Shown in pieces: positions 36,224-45,924 of a stretch of DNA of 64,000 nucleotides. Both the position numbers and the translations under genes were made by a program. How positions within the stretch are numbered: the stretch's first letter is position 1; every line of letters starts with the position of its first letter. This stretch comes from Desulfobacterales bacterium. Its GTDB lineage: Bacteria > Desulfobacterota > Desulfobacteria > Desulfobacterales > UBA5852. The notes beneath the pieces are model-generated. The model searched no databases. It saw nothing but the letters and a program-made list of their open reading frames with translations, and had not been told where the DNA came from. Location of the stretch: contig CAXXVS010000001.1 in the NCBI GenBank assembly GCA_963674755.2, forward strand, positions 640,001 to 704,000. Direction: 5' to 3'.

Positions 36224-38530
36224 TTAGTTGGTTCTTTGTGAGGACGGTTGAATTAAAATTTCATCGGCATAGAGCTTTTGCAGCGCCATCAGCGACAGCA
36301 GCCAGGCCAGGGAGGACTCGGCGCCTTGATTCTGGTTGATGCCGTCCGCCATCAACCCGTCCCGGCATCCGCCGGTTTTGGCATCATAGAGCGGCATATT
36401 CAGATCGTTTTGTCCGAGAAACCAGTTAAAGCACATGGCCGCATTCTCAAACCAGGTGTGCTCACGGGTAAGGTTAAACGCTTCGACACAGGCTTCCACC
36501 ATAGCATTGGCTTCGACGGGCTGCTGGTCGAAGCGGGCTCTGGGGCCGCCTTGCACATACCATCCGTTGCTGCCGATGGGCACAAAGTGTTTGTCTTCGG
36601 TTTGGATGACGAGCAGCCACTTGAGGGCCGTGAGCCCCATATCGATCATGTCGCTGCGCTGCATCCCCTGGCCGGAAAGCAGAAGCGCATGGGGCAGTTT
36701 GCCGTTGGCATAGTTCAGGGTCTTCTCCAGCCATGGCCAATCACCTTTGGCCTGGCTTGCGAATTGATCGAAAAGCCGATCGGCCAGCACTTTCCGGATG
36801 CGGCGGACCTCACTGTCGCCGGAGAATTTATCCAGGTAGGCGTGCATGCCCACAAGGCAGAAAGCGATGGCACGGGGCGAATGGAAACTCTCAGCAGCAG
36901 GCAGGGCCTGGTTGAAAAGCGTCGTACTCATGGCAAGGTGCCCGGGGTTGTCGAGGAAAGCAACGGCTTTACCAAGGCACCAAAGTGCCCTGCCATGCGC
37001 ATCCTCGGACCCGATCTCCTCCATCCACTGCCGGGAGTAGGTCATGAAATTGCGGAAACGCCCCTTCTTTTCATTATAGGCATACAGAAGAAATCCGAGA
37101 TAATGACTGCTGAGGGCATCAAGGCCCCAGCCGTTGGTCGGCAGATAGCGTTGCCCCATGGCGGCCGCCAGCAGCGCGCGGGCATTGTCATCGGTGCAGT
37201 AGCCATGGGTGCGATCGGGGATGGTGTAGTTGGCATGCTGCAAGATGCCGGTATCGTCGGTGAAGGCTTTCAGGTGATCCAGTTTGATCTCGGGGAGCTC
37301 GAACTCCGTGATGGCCTTGATGCTTTCGACGTAGGAATGTCGGGGCCGCGGGTTTCGGGTACGGGTTTGGCGCACTTCACTGAAAAGGCGCAGATATTTC
37401 CGGGATACTTCATTCCAGACGGCATCACGGCTGAACAGATAGGCTTTTTTGCGCATAGCGTGGCGTTCGACATCGTTTTCCAGAAGATCGATGATTTGCG
37501 CGGCCATGGCGTCGGGATTGCAGAAGGGCACAATCCGGCCCCGGTCTTCGGCCAACATCTCGGTGGCGTACCAGTAAGGCGTCGAAATGACGGCCTTGCC
37601 GGTGCCCATGGCATAGGCCAGGGTTCCGGAAGTAATCTGGGCCTCGTCAGGGTAAGGGGTCAAATAGATGTCGGCAATGCCGAGGAATTCACATAACTCC
37701 TGGAGTTCAACAAAACGATTTTGAAAAATGACATGCGCGCCGATATCGAGCCGGCGTACAAGTTGTTGCAGCATGATGCGGTAGGCGTCCCCATGCTCCT
37801 TGAGAACATGCGGGTGGGTGGCCCCCAGGATGATATAGACCACATCAGGGTGTTTTTTGAGGACCGCCGGCAGCGCCTGCAGCACGTTTTCAATGCCCTT
37901 GTTGGCGGAAAGCAAACCGAAGGTCAGGAGCACTTTTTTGCCTTCCACGCCGAACTTGTCTTTGTTGAAGCTGGGATCGATAAACGGTGCATCGGGAATG
38001 CCATGGTGGATAAAGGCGATCTTGTCCTGGGGTACGGCATAGATATCTTTCAGGAATTCAGATGCCTTGCGGCTCATGACCACCAGCTTGTCGGACAATT
38101 CGGATAGCCGGCACATGACGTGGCGGTATTCCGGCGCGGGGTCCTTCAAGACCGTGTGGAGGGTCGTCACCACCGGCATTCGCAGATCCGCCAGTAATTT
38201 CAGCAGATGGCTGCCGGCCGGACCGCCGAAGAGGCCGAATTCGTGTTGCACGCAGACAATATCCGTCTGGCTGATATTGAGAAACTGAGACGCGGTTCTG
38301 TAGTCGCTCAATTTATTCTGGTGGATCTCAAAGCGCACCCTTTCGGGATAGGGATACCCCTCGGGCCTGTCGTTCATGGCAACCGTCCAGCAGTTCATAT
38401 CAGGTGCTTCTGCAGACAACCCTTCCACCAGGTCCGTGGTGAAAGTTGCGATACCGCATTGCCTGGGAAGATAGTTGCCGATCACGGCCACCGATTTTAT
38501 GCCATCGTGATGTTTACCGGCCGATGTCAT
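36224..38530 (-). CDS. GT4 glycosyltransferase fused to a C-terminal helical-barrel glycosidase-like domain
   Basis: PRQCGIATFT, QHEFG, FGLL..NKG, QITSGTL; C-terminal HGYCTDDNARAL, FDQQP, NQGAES. Confidence 0.9.
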   Translation of the reverse strand: MTSAGKHHDGIKSVAVIGNYLPRQCGIATFTTDLVEGLSAEAPDMNCWTVAMNDRPEGYPYPERVRFEIHQNKLSDYRTASQFLNISQTDIVCVQHEFGLFGGPAGSHLLKLLADLRMPVVTTLHTVLKDPAPEYRHVMCRLSELSDKLVVMSRKASEFLKDIYAVPQDKIAFIHHGIPDAPFIDPSFNKDKFGVEGKKVLLTFGLLSANKGIENVLQALPAVLKKHPDVVYIILGATHPHVLKEHGDAYRIMLQQLVRRLDIGAHVIFQNRFVELQELCEFLGIADIYLTPYPDEAQITSGTLAYAMGTGKAVISTPYWYATEMLAEDRGRIVPFCNPDAMAAQIIDLLENDVERHAMRKKAYLFSRDAVWNEVSRKYLRLFSEVRQTRTRNPRPRHSYVESIKAITEFELPEIKLDHLKAFTDDTGILQHANYTIPDRTHGYCTDDNARALLAAAMGQRYLPTNGWGLDALSSHYLGFLLYAYNEKKGRFRNFMTYSRQWMEEIGSEDAHGRALWCLGKAVAFLDNPGHLAMSTTLFNQALPAAESFHSPRAIAFCLVGMHAYLDKFSGDSEVRRIRKVLADRLFDQFASQAKGDWPWLEKTLNYANGKLPHALLLSGQGMQRSDMIDMGLTALKWLLVIQTEDKHFVPIGSNGWYVQGGPRARFDQQPVEANAMVEACVEAFNLTREHTWFENAAMCFNWFLGQNDLNMPLYDAKTGGCRDGLMADGINQNQGAESSLAWLLSLMALQKLYADEILIQPSSQRTN

Positions 38531-38663
38531 GACGCGTGCCTTTTTTGCATGACGAAAGTTCTATCAATTAAATGAACATGGGTGCACATCGGTCATGGCA
38601 ATCCATGCAGGGTATCGCCACTCCCGGTCCAGCCATAAGCCGACGTCGTACCGCCATCTATTT

Positions 38664-38783
38664 TTACTCTTGCCAGACTGATTTTGTTTTATCCTTTTTT
38701 TGTTTTCTTTTTTCCTTCAGGCTACGCAGACCGGCTTTATGGTCTTCGCGCTTCCCTTTGTCCTTTTTGCCCTTGTCGCCCAT
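38664..38783 (-). CDS. Small basic protein (39 aa; MGDKGKKDKGKREDHKAGLRSLKEKRKQKKDKTKSVWQE)
   Basis: Manual translation; AAGGGG RBS; same strand as neighbours; Lys-rich. Confidence 0.65.
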   Translation of the reverse strand: MGDKGKKDKGKREDHKAGLRSLKEKRKQKKDKTKSVWQE

Positions 38784-38798
38784 TTTAGCCCCTTTACG

Positions 38799-39077
38799 TT
38801 AGGTAAGTTTATGCGTCATTTCCCGCATGGCTTTCACAATGTCCTCTATCGCCGCGTGCATACCCTCGGCGCTGTCCGTGATAGCGGGCTCTTTTTTTCG
38901 CTTGCCCTTAACTTGGGCCGAGGCTTTAATCTTTTCCAGTTTTTCGACATGTTTTCTAAAGAGCAGCTGATGATCGTCCTTCATGTATTGCAGGGCATCG
39001 GCATTGATCTGGCGTATGAGTTCCTCGGCCTCGGCCAATAATTCAGCGGTTTTCTTATGTTCCAAGTTCGTTTGCAT
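38799..39077 (-). CDS. Hypothetical helical protein
   Basis: AAAGGAG RBS before MQTN; follows the SPFH genes. Confidence 0.7.
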   Translation of the reverse strand: MQTNLEHKKTAELLAEAEELIRQINADALQYMKDDHQLLFRKHVEKLEKIKASAQVKGKRKKEPAITDSAEGMHAAIEDIVKAMREMTHKLT

Positions 39078-39088
39078 AGCATCTCCTT

Positions 39089-40153
39089 TCATGGCGCCTG
39101 CGATGGGCCATCTTGTGACCGATCTCCTGGTCCGTCGGACAAAGATTTCACGCCCAAGGTTTCGATCAGCCGGTTGATGTCGGTGGTCTTGAGATTCATG
39201 CCGCCCTCGGACACCGGCAGCAATACGATACGTTTACCCTGAAGCGCCTCGGCGATCCGGAGTTTCACGATGGCCTCGCCGCCCGAGCCGGCCAGGGCGT
39301 TGTTCATCTCCTGGATGCCTTTGGCTTCCGCAATGCCTTCGGCCTGGATCGCCCTGGCCAATAGCTGCTGCTGCTCCTGGTAGACATCCGCCTCGATTTT
39401 CGCTTTTTGGTACTGGCCGTCGGCATCGGCCACCAGCTTATTGACTTCCCCCCGGGCCTCTTCCAGTTTGCGCTTGTATTCCTCTTTGGCCGCATGTTGG
39501 GCCGACTTGTTTTTTTCCACCTGCTGATCGGCCACTTTCTTGTCCTCGATGGCCTTGGTATATTCGGGGTTGAAGCGGTAGTCGTTGGTCAGCACCTTTT
39601 CCACCACGATACCCATGGGCCCCAGAATTTGCTGAAGCGCATCTTTGGCTTTATTGGATTGAGTTTCGCGATCTTCGGCCACGTAGAAGGCCTCGGTCTT
39701 GAGTTCGCCAAAGATATCCCGCGGTTTACTCCGGGCGACCGTCCGGACAATGGTGTCCCGCAACGTCTCGTCATTCCGTGCTACGTATTGGAGGATATAG
39801 GGCGCTTTCTTGGCATCGATACGATAGGCGATGATCACGTCCAGGCTGATATCGTTGCCGTCGATGGTTTTAAACACAAGATCGTCCTGGCTTCTGCGGT
39901 CGCCTCTGATTTTTGAGAAGGTCATTTCCAGGTTCTGCAACTTGGTGTCGAAAACATGCCAGTCGTTGATAAACGGCAAAAAGAAATAGGTGGCCCCCTG
40001 GGGATAAACCCGGTCTTCCACCCCCTTGGGGGCAAAAATGCCGATTTTGCGGGTCCGCACCCCCACCTCGGTTTCCCCCGTGGAATGGAGAACACAACCG
40101 GCCGTCGTGAAAAGGAAAAAGGCGGCGAATAGTGATGTAACGATATGTTTCAT
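39089..40153 (-). CDS. SPFH/prohibitin family protein (probable lipoprotein)
   Basis: TAGC lipobox-like site, KTIDGNDISLDVIIAY, AIEDKKVADQQ coiled coil. Confidence 0.88.
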   Translation of the reverse strand: MKHIVTSLFAAFFLFTTAGCVLHSTGETEVGVRTRKIGIFAPKGVEDRVYPQGATYFFLPFINDWHVFDTKLQNLEMTFSKIRGDRRSQDDLVFKTIDGNDISLDVIIAYRIDAKKAPYILQYVARNDETLRDTIVRTVARSKPRDIFGELKTEAFYVAEDRETQSNKAKDALQQILGPMGIVVEKVLTNDYRFNPEYTKAIEDKKVADQQVEKNKSAQHAAKEEYKRKLEEARGEVNKLVADADGQYQKAKIEADVYQEQQQLLARAIQAEGIAEAKGIQEMNNALAGSGGEAIVKLRIAEALQGKRIVLLPVSEGGMNLKTTDINRLIETLGVKSLSDGPGDRSQDGPSQAP

Positions 40154-41238
40154 TGGTCATTTCCTTTGCGGACGTCGAACAGTTGCAGGGTGTTGTTCAG
40201 ATCCAAGGGGTTGACCCCATGCGGACCGTCGCTGGGCAGAATGATCATATCGAGTCCCTTGTAGGCATCGGCCATTTTCAATCCCACCATGCGCTCGGAG
40301 CCGATCCCTTTCAAAGATTCATTTTTAAGGCGCACCCGTTCCGCTTCGGCCAGCTTCACCAGCAGATCGGCTTCGGCTTTTATCTTGCGGACATACAGGT
40401 CTTTCTCGGCAATTTTGCGGGTGACGTAGGCTTTGCCCTTTTCCATCTCCACGGCGGCGATGACCATTCCTTCCTGGACGATCTTCTTCAACTCGGCCTC
40501 TTCCTTGGCGGCCCGGGCGGCCGCCTGGTTGGTAAAGACCATCTGGTCCTGGAGTTTTTTCTCTTCGATGTTCTTCTGGATCTCAGGGCTGTATTTGAAA
40601 TAGCGCACCAGGACTTGGTCGACTTCGATGCCTTTGAGGTTGAGTTCACGGTTCAGTTGGTCTTTGGCCTCTTGCGCCTTTTTCACCCGCATGGGGCTGT
40701 TGTAGAACTCTTCCGTCGTCAGCTTCCCCAGGGTTTCCTTCAGGGCCGGTTCGGCCTTGGGAATAATACCGTTGTCCTCAAAGAGGGTACCCGGACCGAT
40801 GGTGGTGAACACCAGGTAGGGATCTTTGATGTGGTACAGCATGGAGACGTCCACATCCACGAAAAAGCCGTCCGAGGTTTGAATATGGGCGGCCCGATCC
40901 TTTCTGGCTTCACTCGCGGCCGTATCGGGGAAATTGGTCAATTCCAGCACCTGAATCCCCTTCGGCAGGCGATACATCTGCTGAAACCCAAAGGGCAGCA
41001 CAAAGGACAAGCCGGCATGGTAGATTTCTTTTTGAACGCCCCGGTTTAACCCCAATCGAACCACCTTGATCCCATATTCGTCCGGCTGCACATAGACAAA
41101 AAACAGATTATAGCTGATGACGAGCAGCAAAACCCCGACAAACACGATTTTCAAGCCAACCGTCAGTCTAACCGTTCCCATTTTTTGTTTTATCGTGTGA
41201 ATGTGGGACAGTATCTTTTCCAACTGGTCTTTGGTCAT
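40150..41238 (-). CDS. SPFH/band 7 family protein
   Basis: TM anchor, VQPDEYG, QTSDGFFVDVDVS, coiled coil; start probably MTKDQ. Confidence 0.88.
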   Translation of the reverse strand: MTKDQLEKILSHIHTIKQKMGTVRLTVGLKIVFVGVLLLVISYNLFFVYVQPDEYGIKVVRLGLNRGVQKEIYHAGLSFVLPFGFQQMYRLPKGIQVLELTNFPDTAASEARKDRAAHIQTSDGFFVDVDVSMLYHIKDPYLVFTTIGPGTLFEDNGIIPKAEPALKETLGKLTTEEFYNSPMRVKKAQEAKDQLNRELNLKGIEVDQVLVRYFKYSPEIQKNIEEKKLQDQMVFTNQAAARAAKEEAELKKIVQEGMVIAAVEMEKGKAYVTRKIAEKDLYVRKIKAEADLLVKLAEAERVRLKNESLKGIGSERMVGLKMADAYKGLDMIILPSDGPHGVNPLDLNNTLQLFDVRKGNDQ

Positions 41239-41362
41239 TTGAGCTCCCCTCCAAATAGGGCTCCGAAACGTTTTGGCGAGTTGACGCGCTGACGATTGTT
41301 TCAAATGAAGATAAGGCCATCAGGTTTTTCCGTATGACAACGGTTGCCAGAAATATCTTCAC

Positions 41363-42604
41363 TCAACCGCTTGCATTTTTTTGTGCGTTGGTTGCCGTCA
41401 AAGGCGAATGTAATGTGACTTTCTCTTCTGATTTGATCGTGGGGAAGTAGACGCGAACCTCTGTCCCTTGTCCAATCTGCGATCTCACGAAAATGTAGCC
41501 GCCGTGATTTTTCACGATGCCGTATACCGCTGCCATACCGAGCCCGCGTCCATGAAAATGGCTCGTAAAAAACGGCTCAAACACCCTTTTTTGCGTTTCT
41601 GTATCCATTCCCTTGCCGTTATCCCTTATGATCAAACTGACGTAGCGGGAGGGTAACATTTCGGTAAACGGCTTGACGCTTTCATCGGTCAAGACAACGA
41701 TGCGGCAAACGATCTGTATGATCCCCTGGTTCTCGATGGCTTCCGAGGCATTGGCCAAAATGGCAAGCAAGGCCGTTTGAATTTGCGCCCGGTCGGCCTG
41801 CACGGGGGGCAAACCGGAGGGCAAATCGGTTTCGATGGCAATGGACGGCTTCAGAACCGACGCGAACAGGGGTTGGCTGTCCCTTACCAAATCACTCAGC
41901 GTCATGGTTTCAACGTGATATTTACCGCCGTTGGCATAGGCCAACAGATCGCGGGTCAACTTGATCATGCGTTCGGCGGCATTCTTAATGTGCCGGAGAT
42001 TCTCACCCGTATCCATGGATAGGGTGTCTTTATCGATCATGCTCAAGGCGCCTGCGATAACGGTGAGCGCATTGTTGAACTGATGGGCAATGCCCCCCGC
42101 CAATTTTTCAATGGCCGCCGTTTCCTGCGCCGCCTGAATCCGGGATTCAAGCCTGAGCCGCGCTCTTTCCGTCTGCTTGTGTTGCGAATTGTCGCGGATG
42201 TTGCACTGGATCGTTCGCTGCCGGCCCACCAGATAGACGTTGCTGATGAACTCCACCTCGATGCTGCGTCCGTCCCGTGTTTCCAACGGTAAATGTTCGT
42301 AGCGAATGTACCCGTCACGGAGCAAATCCTTGAATGCCGATCGGTTGGCGCGGATATCCTTGAAAGGGCCGAAGCGCCAGAGGGCCTTGCCGATAAAGTC
42401 CGAACGCTGATAGCCCAGCATACTGACTAAGAACGGGTTGACGTCGATGATACGCCCGCTGTTGGCATCGATGATCAAAATGCCGTCCTGGGCTGTTTCA
42501 AACAGTCGCCGGTAGCGCGCTTCGGAATCTCTCAGGGACACCTTCAACGGGCTCGCAGGTGGTTTGCTGTTACCATTCGCCAAAAGCGCTTTAAATAGTT
42601 CCAT
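41363..42604 (-). CDS. PAS sensor histidine kinase
   Basis: RYRRLFETAQDGI PAS, AHQFNN H-box, DNGKGM, FEPFFT, GLGM. Confidence 0.92.
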   Translation of the reverse strand: MELFKALLANGNSKPPASPLKVSLRDSEARYRRLFETAQDGILIIDANSGRIIDVNPFLVSMLGYQRSDFIGKALWRFGPFKDIRANRSAFKDLLRDGYIRYEHLPLETRDGRSIEVEFISNVYLVGRQRTIQCNIRDNSQHKQTERARLRLESRIQAAQETAAIEKLAGGIAHQFNNALTVIAGALSMIDKDTLSMDTGENLRHIKNAAERMIKLTRDLLAYANGGKYHVETMTLSDLVRDSQPLFASVLKPSIAIETDLPSGLPPVQADRAQIQTALLAILANASEAIENQGIIQIVCRIVVLTDESVKPFTEMLPSRYVSLIIRDNGKGMDTETQKRVFEPFFTSHFHGRGLGMAAVYGIVKNHGGYIFVRSQIGQGTEVRVYFPTIKSEEKVTLHSPLTATNAQKNASG

Positions 42605-42632
42605 TTGATGTCCTAGCGTAAAGCTGATTTCC

Positions 42633-44150
42633 CTAAAATGAGATCGGTAGATCTGATTTTTCTTTGGACGGATTTAAAATATATAACTCACAAATTTTCC
42701 GGTAATGGTAACCGTAGATCGAGAGCGTTATGGCAACGGGCATCATGCTGCGCTTGCGTATCAGGGTCCAGACCATCAGTTGCCAGTATTGCAACCGCTC
42801 TTTTCCTAAAAACCCGATCCGGAAAGCAGCGCGAAAAAATGAAAGGAATCGCTGCATACTGAGCGGTTGTGTGACTTTCGGAGCCTTTAATTCTCTCAAT
42901 AAGGTCCTGACCCGACGGTAGTAGTTTTTAGGCGCATAAATCGTTTCCATAATCGATTGATACCCTGCGCTAAGCCGGTCGATGCCCATGCGGGGGATGA
43001 TATTGGTCGTTCCGTCGACATTGTCTCCGCTAAAGCTGTCCGCAACGCGGCGCTCCTGCCGGAGCCGTTCAAAAAGGCGTGTTCCCGGCGGGGCCTGAAG
43101 CATGCCGACCATGGCCGTGACGATGCCGCTTTTTTGAATGAAATCGATCTGTCGTTGAAAGATCGAAGGCGTGTCGTTGTCGAAACCCACGATGAAGCCG
43201 CCCATCACCTGCAACCCGGACCGGTGTATGCGTTTCACATCGGTCAGCAAATCCCGGTTGGTATTGTGGGTCTTGCGGCACTCCGCGAGACTGACCTCAT
43301 CGGGGGACTCGATGCCGATAAAAACGGAATCGAAGCCGGCTTTGACCATCATGTCCATGAGGTCGGTGTCGTCGGCAATATTGATGGAGGCTTCCGTTAA
43401 AAAGACGCAGCCCGTTTTATTTCGGCGCCATTCGATCAGGGCGGGGAGTAAATAGGTTTTAAGGTAACCCTTATTGCCAATAAAATTGTCGTCGACGAAA
43501 AAGATGCTGCTGCGCCAACCGGTGGCATAAATGCGATCCAGCTCAGCAATGACCTGTTCCGGTGTCTTCATCCGCGGACGGTGGCCGAATAATTCCGTTA
43601 CATTGCAGAATTCGCAGTTGAAAGGACACCCCCGGGAGAATTGAATGCTCATGGCAGCATATCGTCTCGTATCGGCCAGATCCCACGCGGGTGCCGGAGT
43701 GTCGCCGATATCGCAGAAAGCCGGCGCCCTGTAGATCTTTTGGGGATGATCGTGTTGCAAATCCGACAAAAAAGCGGGGAGGGTCACTTCCGCTTCATCG
43801 AGAACGAGATGGTCGACGTCACCGAATTGATCCGGTTCAGCGGTAAAAAGCGGCCCGCCGGCAACGACGGGCAAATTTGCGGCCCTGCAGCTGGCAATAA
43901 CCGCTTTGGCCGAATTCCGCTGGACCGCCATGCCGCTGATAAACGCCATATCCGCCCATGCAAGATCTTTATCCGTGAGGGTATTCACGTTCAGGTCCAC
44001 AAGACGCGTGGCCCAACTGGCGGGCAGGAGAGAGGCGACGGTAAGCAACCCCAGCGGCGGGAAAGCCGCTTTCTTGCCGATAAAGCTTAACGCGTAGGAA
44101 AAGGACCAAAACGTTTCGGGGAACCTGGGGTATACGAGGAGAATATTCAT
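42633..44150 (-). CDS. B12-binding radical SAM protein (DUF4070-type C-terminus)
   Basis: PPLGLLTV, VAGGP, RGCPFNCEFC (CxxxCxxC), FVDDNF. Confidence 0.92.
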   Translation of the reverse strand: MNILLVYPRFPETFWSFSYALSFIGKKAAFPPLGLLTVASLLPASWATRLVDLNVNTLTDKDLAWADMAFISGMAVQRNSAKAVIASCRAANLPVVAGGPLFTAEPDQFGDVDHLVLDEAEVTLPAFLSDLQHDHPQKIYRAPAFCDIGDTPAPAWDLADTRRYAAMSIQFSRGCPFNCEFCNVTELFGHRPRMKTPEQVIAELDRIYATGWRSSIFFVDDNFIGNKGYLKTYLLPALIEWRRNKTGCVFLTEASINIADDTDLMDMMVKAGFDSVFIGIESPDEVSLAECRKTHNTNRDLLTDVKRIHRSGLQVMGGFIVGFDNDTPSIFQRQIDFIQKSGIVTAMVGMLQAPPGTRLFERLRQERRVADSFSGDNVDGTTNIIPRMGIDRLSAGYQSIMETIYAPKNYYRRVRTLLRELKAPKVTQPLSMQRFLSFFRAAFRIGFLGKERLQYWQLMVWTLIRKRSMMPVAITLSIYGYHYRKICELYILNPSKEKSDLPISF

Positions 44151-44233
44151 GGGTGAACCTCCTTGCCGAGAAGCATTTCGGATCCAAAATCAACCTGGCG
44201 GCCGAATAAAAATGGCGCGGTGTTATCGTGCAT

Positions 44234-44650
44234 TCATTTCACTATCGTTCCGACAAAAGAATAATCTCTTACCGTATCGGTCAGCCAACCCGTTTTCCGC
44301 CACTGGTACTTCACGATGATGGAATCGCCACTAACGATGCCACGCCAGTCAATCGTCCCTTGCTCCGGGCTCACCGTAACCGCTTCGAAATGGATGCCAT
44401 CTTGTTTGACGACGGCCGTATACACCCCTTTGGCAAACCCTCTGCGCGCGTAGATCCTTGAGTGCAATTTGCCGTCTATAAATTTGATTTCTTCTTCTTT
44501 TGCATTGCTGATGTGGTTTTCGATAGATCGTCCTATAAAAACCTTATCGTCCAGAAGACCTTCTTGAGCGAAAACAACCGGAGTGGCCCAAAGTGTGAAC
44601 AGGAGAATGGGCAGAAGGTATGTAGGGGCAATGTCGAATAACGTTCTCAT
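44234..44650 (-). CDS. Hypothetical exported protein
   Basis: Signal-peptide-like N-terminus (..VFA-QE), beta-rich remainder. Confidence 0.65.
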   Translation of the reverse strand: MRTLFDIAPTYLLPILLFTLWATPVVFAQEGLLDDKVFIGRSIENHISNAKEEEIKFIDGKLHSRIYARRGFAKGVYTAVVKQDGIHFEAVTVSPEQGTIDWRGIVSGDSIIVKYQWRKTGWLTDTVRDYSFVGTIVK

Positions 44651-44810
44651 GATAAATGCCTTTACCTTGATCACCAGAGGCAAAAAAACCGTGCCATAGC
44701 AAAACGGCCCTCAGCGGTATTCTCTTCGCAAACCACACAGCCGGCCGTTGAGGGGGCGATGCAACGCAGCGATCAATGAATGGACTGCGCTTGCACGTGC
44801 GGTTGCCTTT

Positions 44811-45143
44811 CTAGTGCATGCTGCCGCTGCGAGCGGCCTCGATGGCCTCCATACCCTCCGACTGGGAAACCGTGTGAATCTGGATTTGAATTGGTGTGTC
44901 CAGGAGGGATTTCGTTCCAAGCAGAGCCCCAAAGCGATGTGACATGACGTGATGATTCAAATCTTCACGGGTTTCCCACTCTCCCAGCATGCTGAAGCGA
45001 TTCTTGTCTTCGATGTCGCAGAAAACAGCGTAGCTGAGGCAACCCGCTTCTTTACCCACCGGCGCGACCATGGAGAGGAGGGTTTGCGTAACCTCCAGTT
45101 GCTTTTCCGGAAGGACATCTAAAGTGACGCGAAGGACGATCAT
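44811..45143 (-). CDS. Antibiotic biosynthesis monooxygenase (ABM) family protein
   Basis: EAGCLSY...GEWETREDLNHH; AGAGG RBS. Confidence 0.85.
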   Translation of the reverse strand: MIVLRVTLDVLPEKQLEVTQTLLSMVAPVGKEAGCLSYAVFCDIEDKNRFSMLGEWETREDLNHHVMSHRFGALLGTKSLLDTPIQIQIHTVSQSEGMEAIEAARSGSMH

Positions 45144-45177
45144 TTGGGAACCTCTCTGCAATCCCACGGCACTCTGA

Positions 45178-45408
45178 TTATTCCAAGATTTCGAGTACCG
45201 CGCGTTTTTTGGATTTGGCCGAGACAGCACTCAGCAGGACCCTCAGGGCACCCACCGTCCGGCCTTGTTTGCCGATAACCTTACCGATATCGCCCTTGGC
45301 AACTTTCAACTCCATAATTGCCGTATGCGGCCCTTCAATTTCCTTTACGGATACGTTTTCCGGTTCATCCACCAAGGCTTGCGCAATAAGTTCAATCATC
45401 TCTTTCAT
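45178..45408 (-). CDS. khpA: KH domain RNA-binding protein
   Basis: MKEMIELIAQALVDEPE...DIGKVIGKQGRT. Confidence 0.9.
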   Translation of the reverse strand: MKEMIELIAQALVDEPENVSVKEIEGPHTAIMELKVAKGDIGKVIGKQGRTVGALRVLLSAVSAKSKKRAVLEILE

Positions 45409-45774
45409 GGCATCTCTCCCGCTGAAATGTAATGGCGAATGGTGTGCTGACGGTTGTCCACGCATTCATGATTTAAAAGGAAAAGGCCAACCATTGGCTT
45501 TCAAGGCCGGTCCAGGCGCGCTTTGTCGGTCTACTGGGCACCCGATACGCCATTTCAAAATTGAGGTTTTCGATCGAGATCAAGGCGCGGCCGAGACATC
45601 CCGCAGAGCGGGACTTCCTATCTGACTTTTTTCATTTCACTGCCTCCTGAAGACAGAATTCTACACCTCCGCTGCCTCTGGTCGCCGATAATTCGGACAT
45701 CCGCGATGCTGAGGCAAACCGCCGGGGCTCATCATTTATGCAGACGTGGCCCTTTTCCGGATACATCTTGCCTA

Positions 45775-45790
45775 CTCAAGAATCATGCCT
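45775..45790 (-). promoter_or_regulatory. Putative sigma-54 promoter (AGGCATGATTCTTGAG)
   Basis: GGCAT-N5-TTG(A), 102 bp from the tandem operator, the same offset as at 52374. Confidence 0.55.
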
Positions 45791-45891
45791 GAGTGTCCAT
45801 GCCATGCGATATAAGACTTAACCTATTGAATAATCGTGGATATTTAAAATTGCAGCGCGGTGTGGCGGGTGGTAAACGGACGTTTAATCGG

Positions 45892-45922
45892 GGTCATATA
45901 TGACCGGTGGCCATATATGACC
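45892..45922. promoter_or_regulatory. Tandem palindromic operator GGTCATATATGACC-GGT-GGCCATATATGACC
   Basis: One perfect and one near-perfect 14-bp palindrome; second copy at 52491. Confidence 0.75.
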
Positions 45923-45924
45923 TC

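Noticed and set aside
44679..44696. Sigma-54 promoter TGGCACGGTTTTTTTGC upstream of the 44650 gene
   Set aside because: GG-to-GC spacing is 2 bp too long; valid only if the T-run is misread or variable
45474..45635. ORF starting behind AGGAGG at ATG 45635
   Set aside because: Stops after five codons (MKKVR); the alternative frame has no recognisable product
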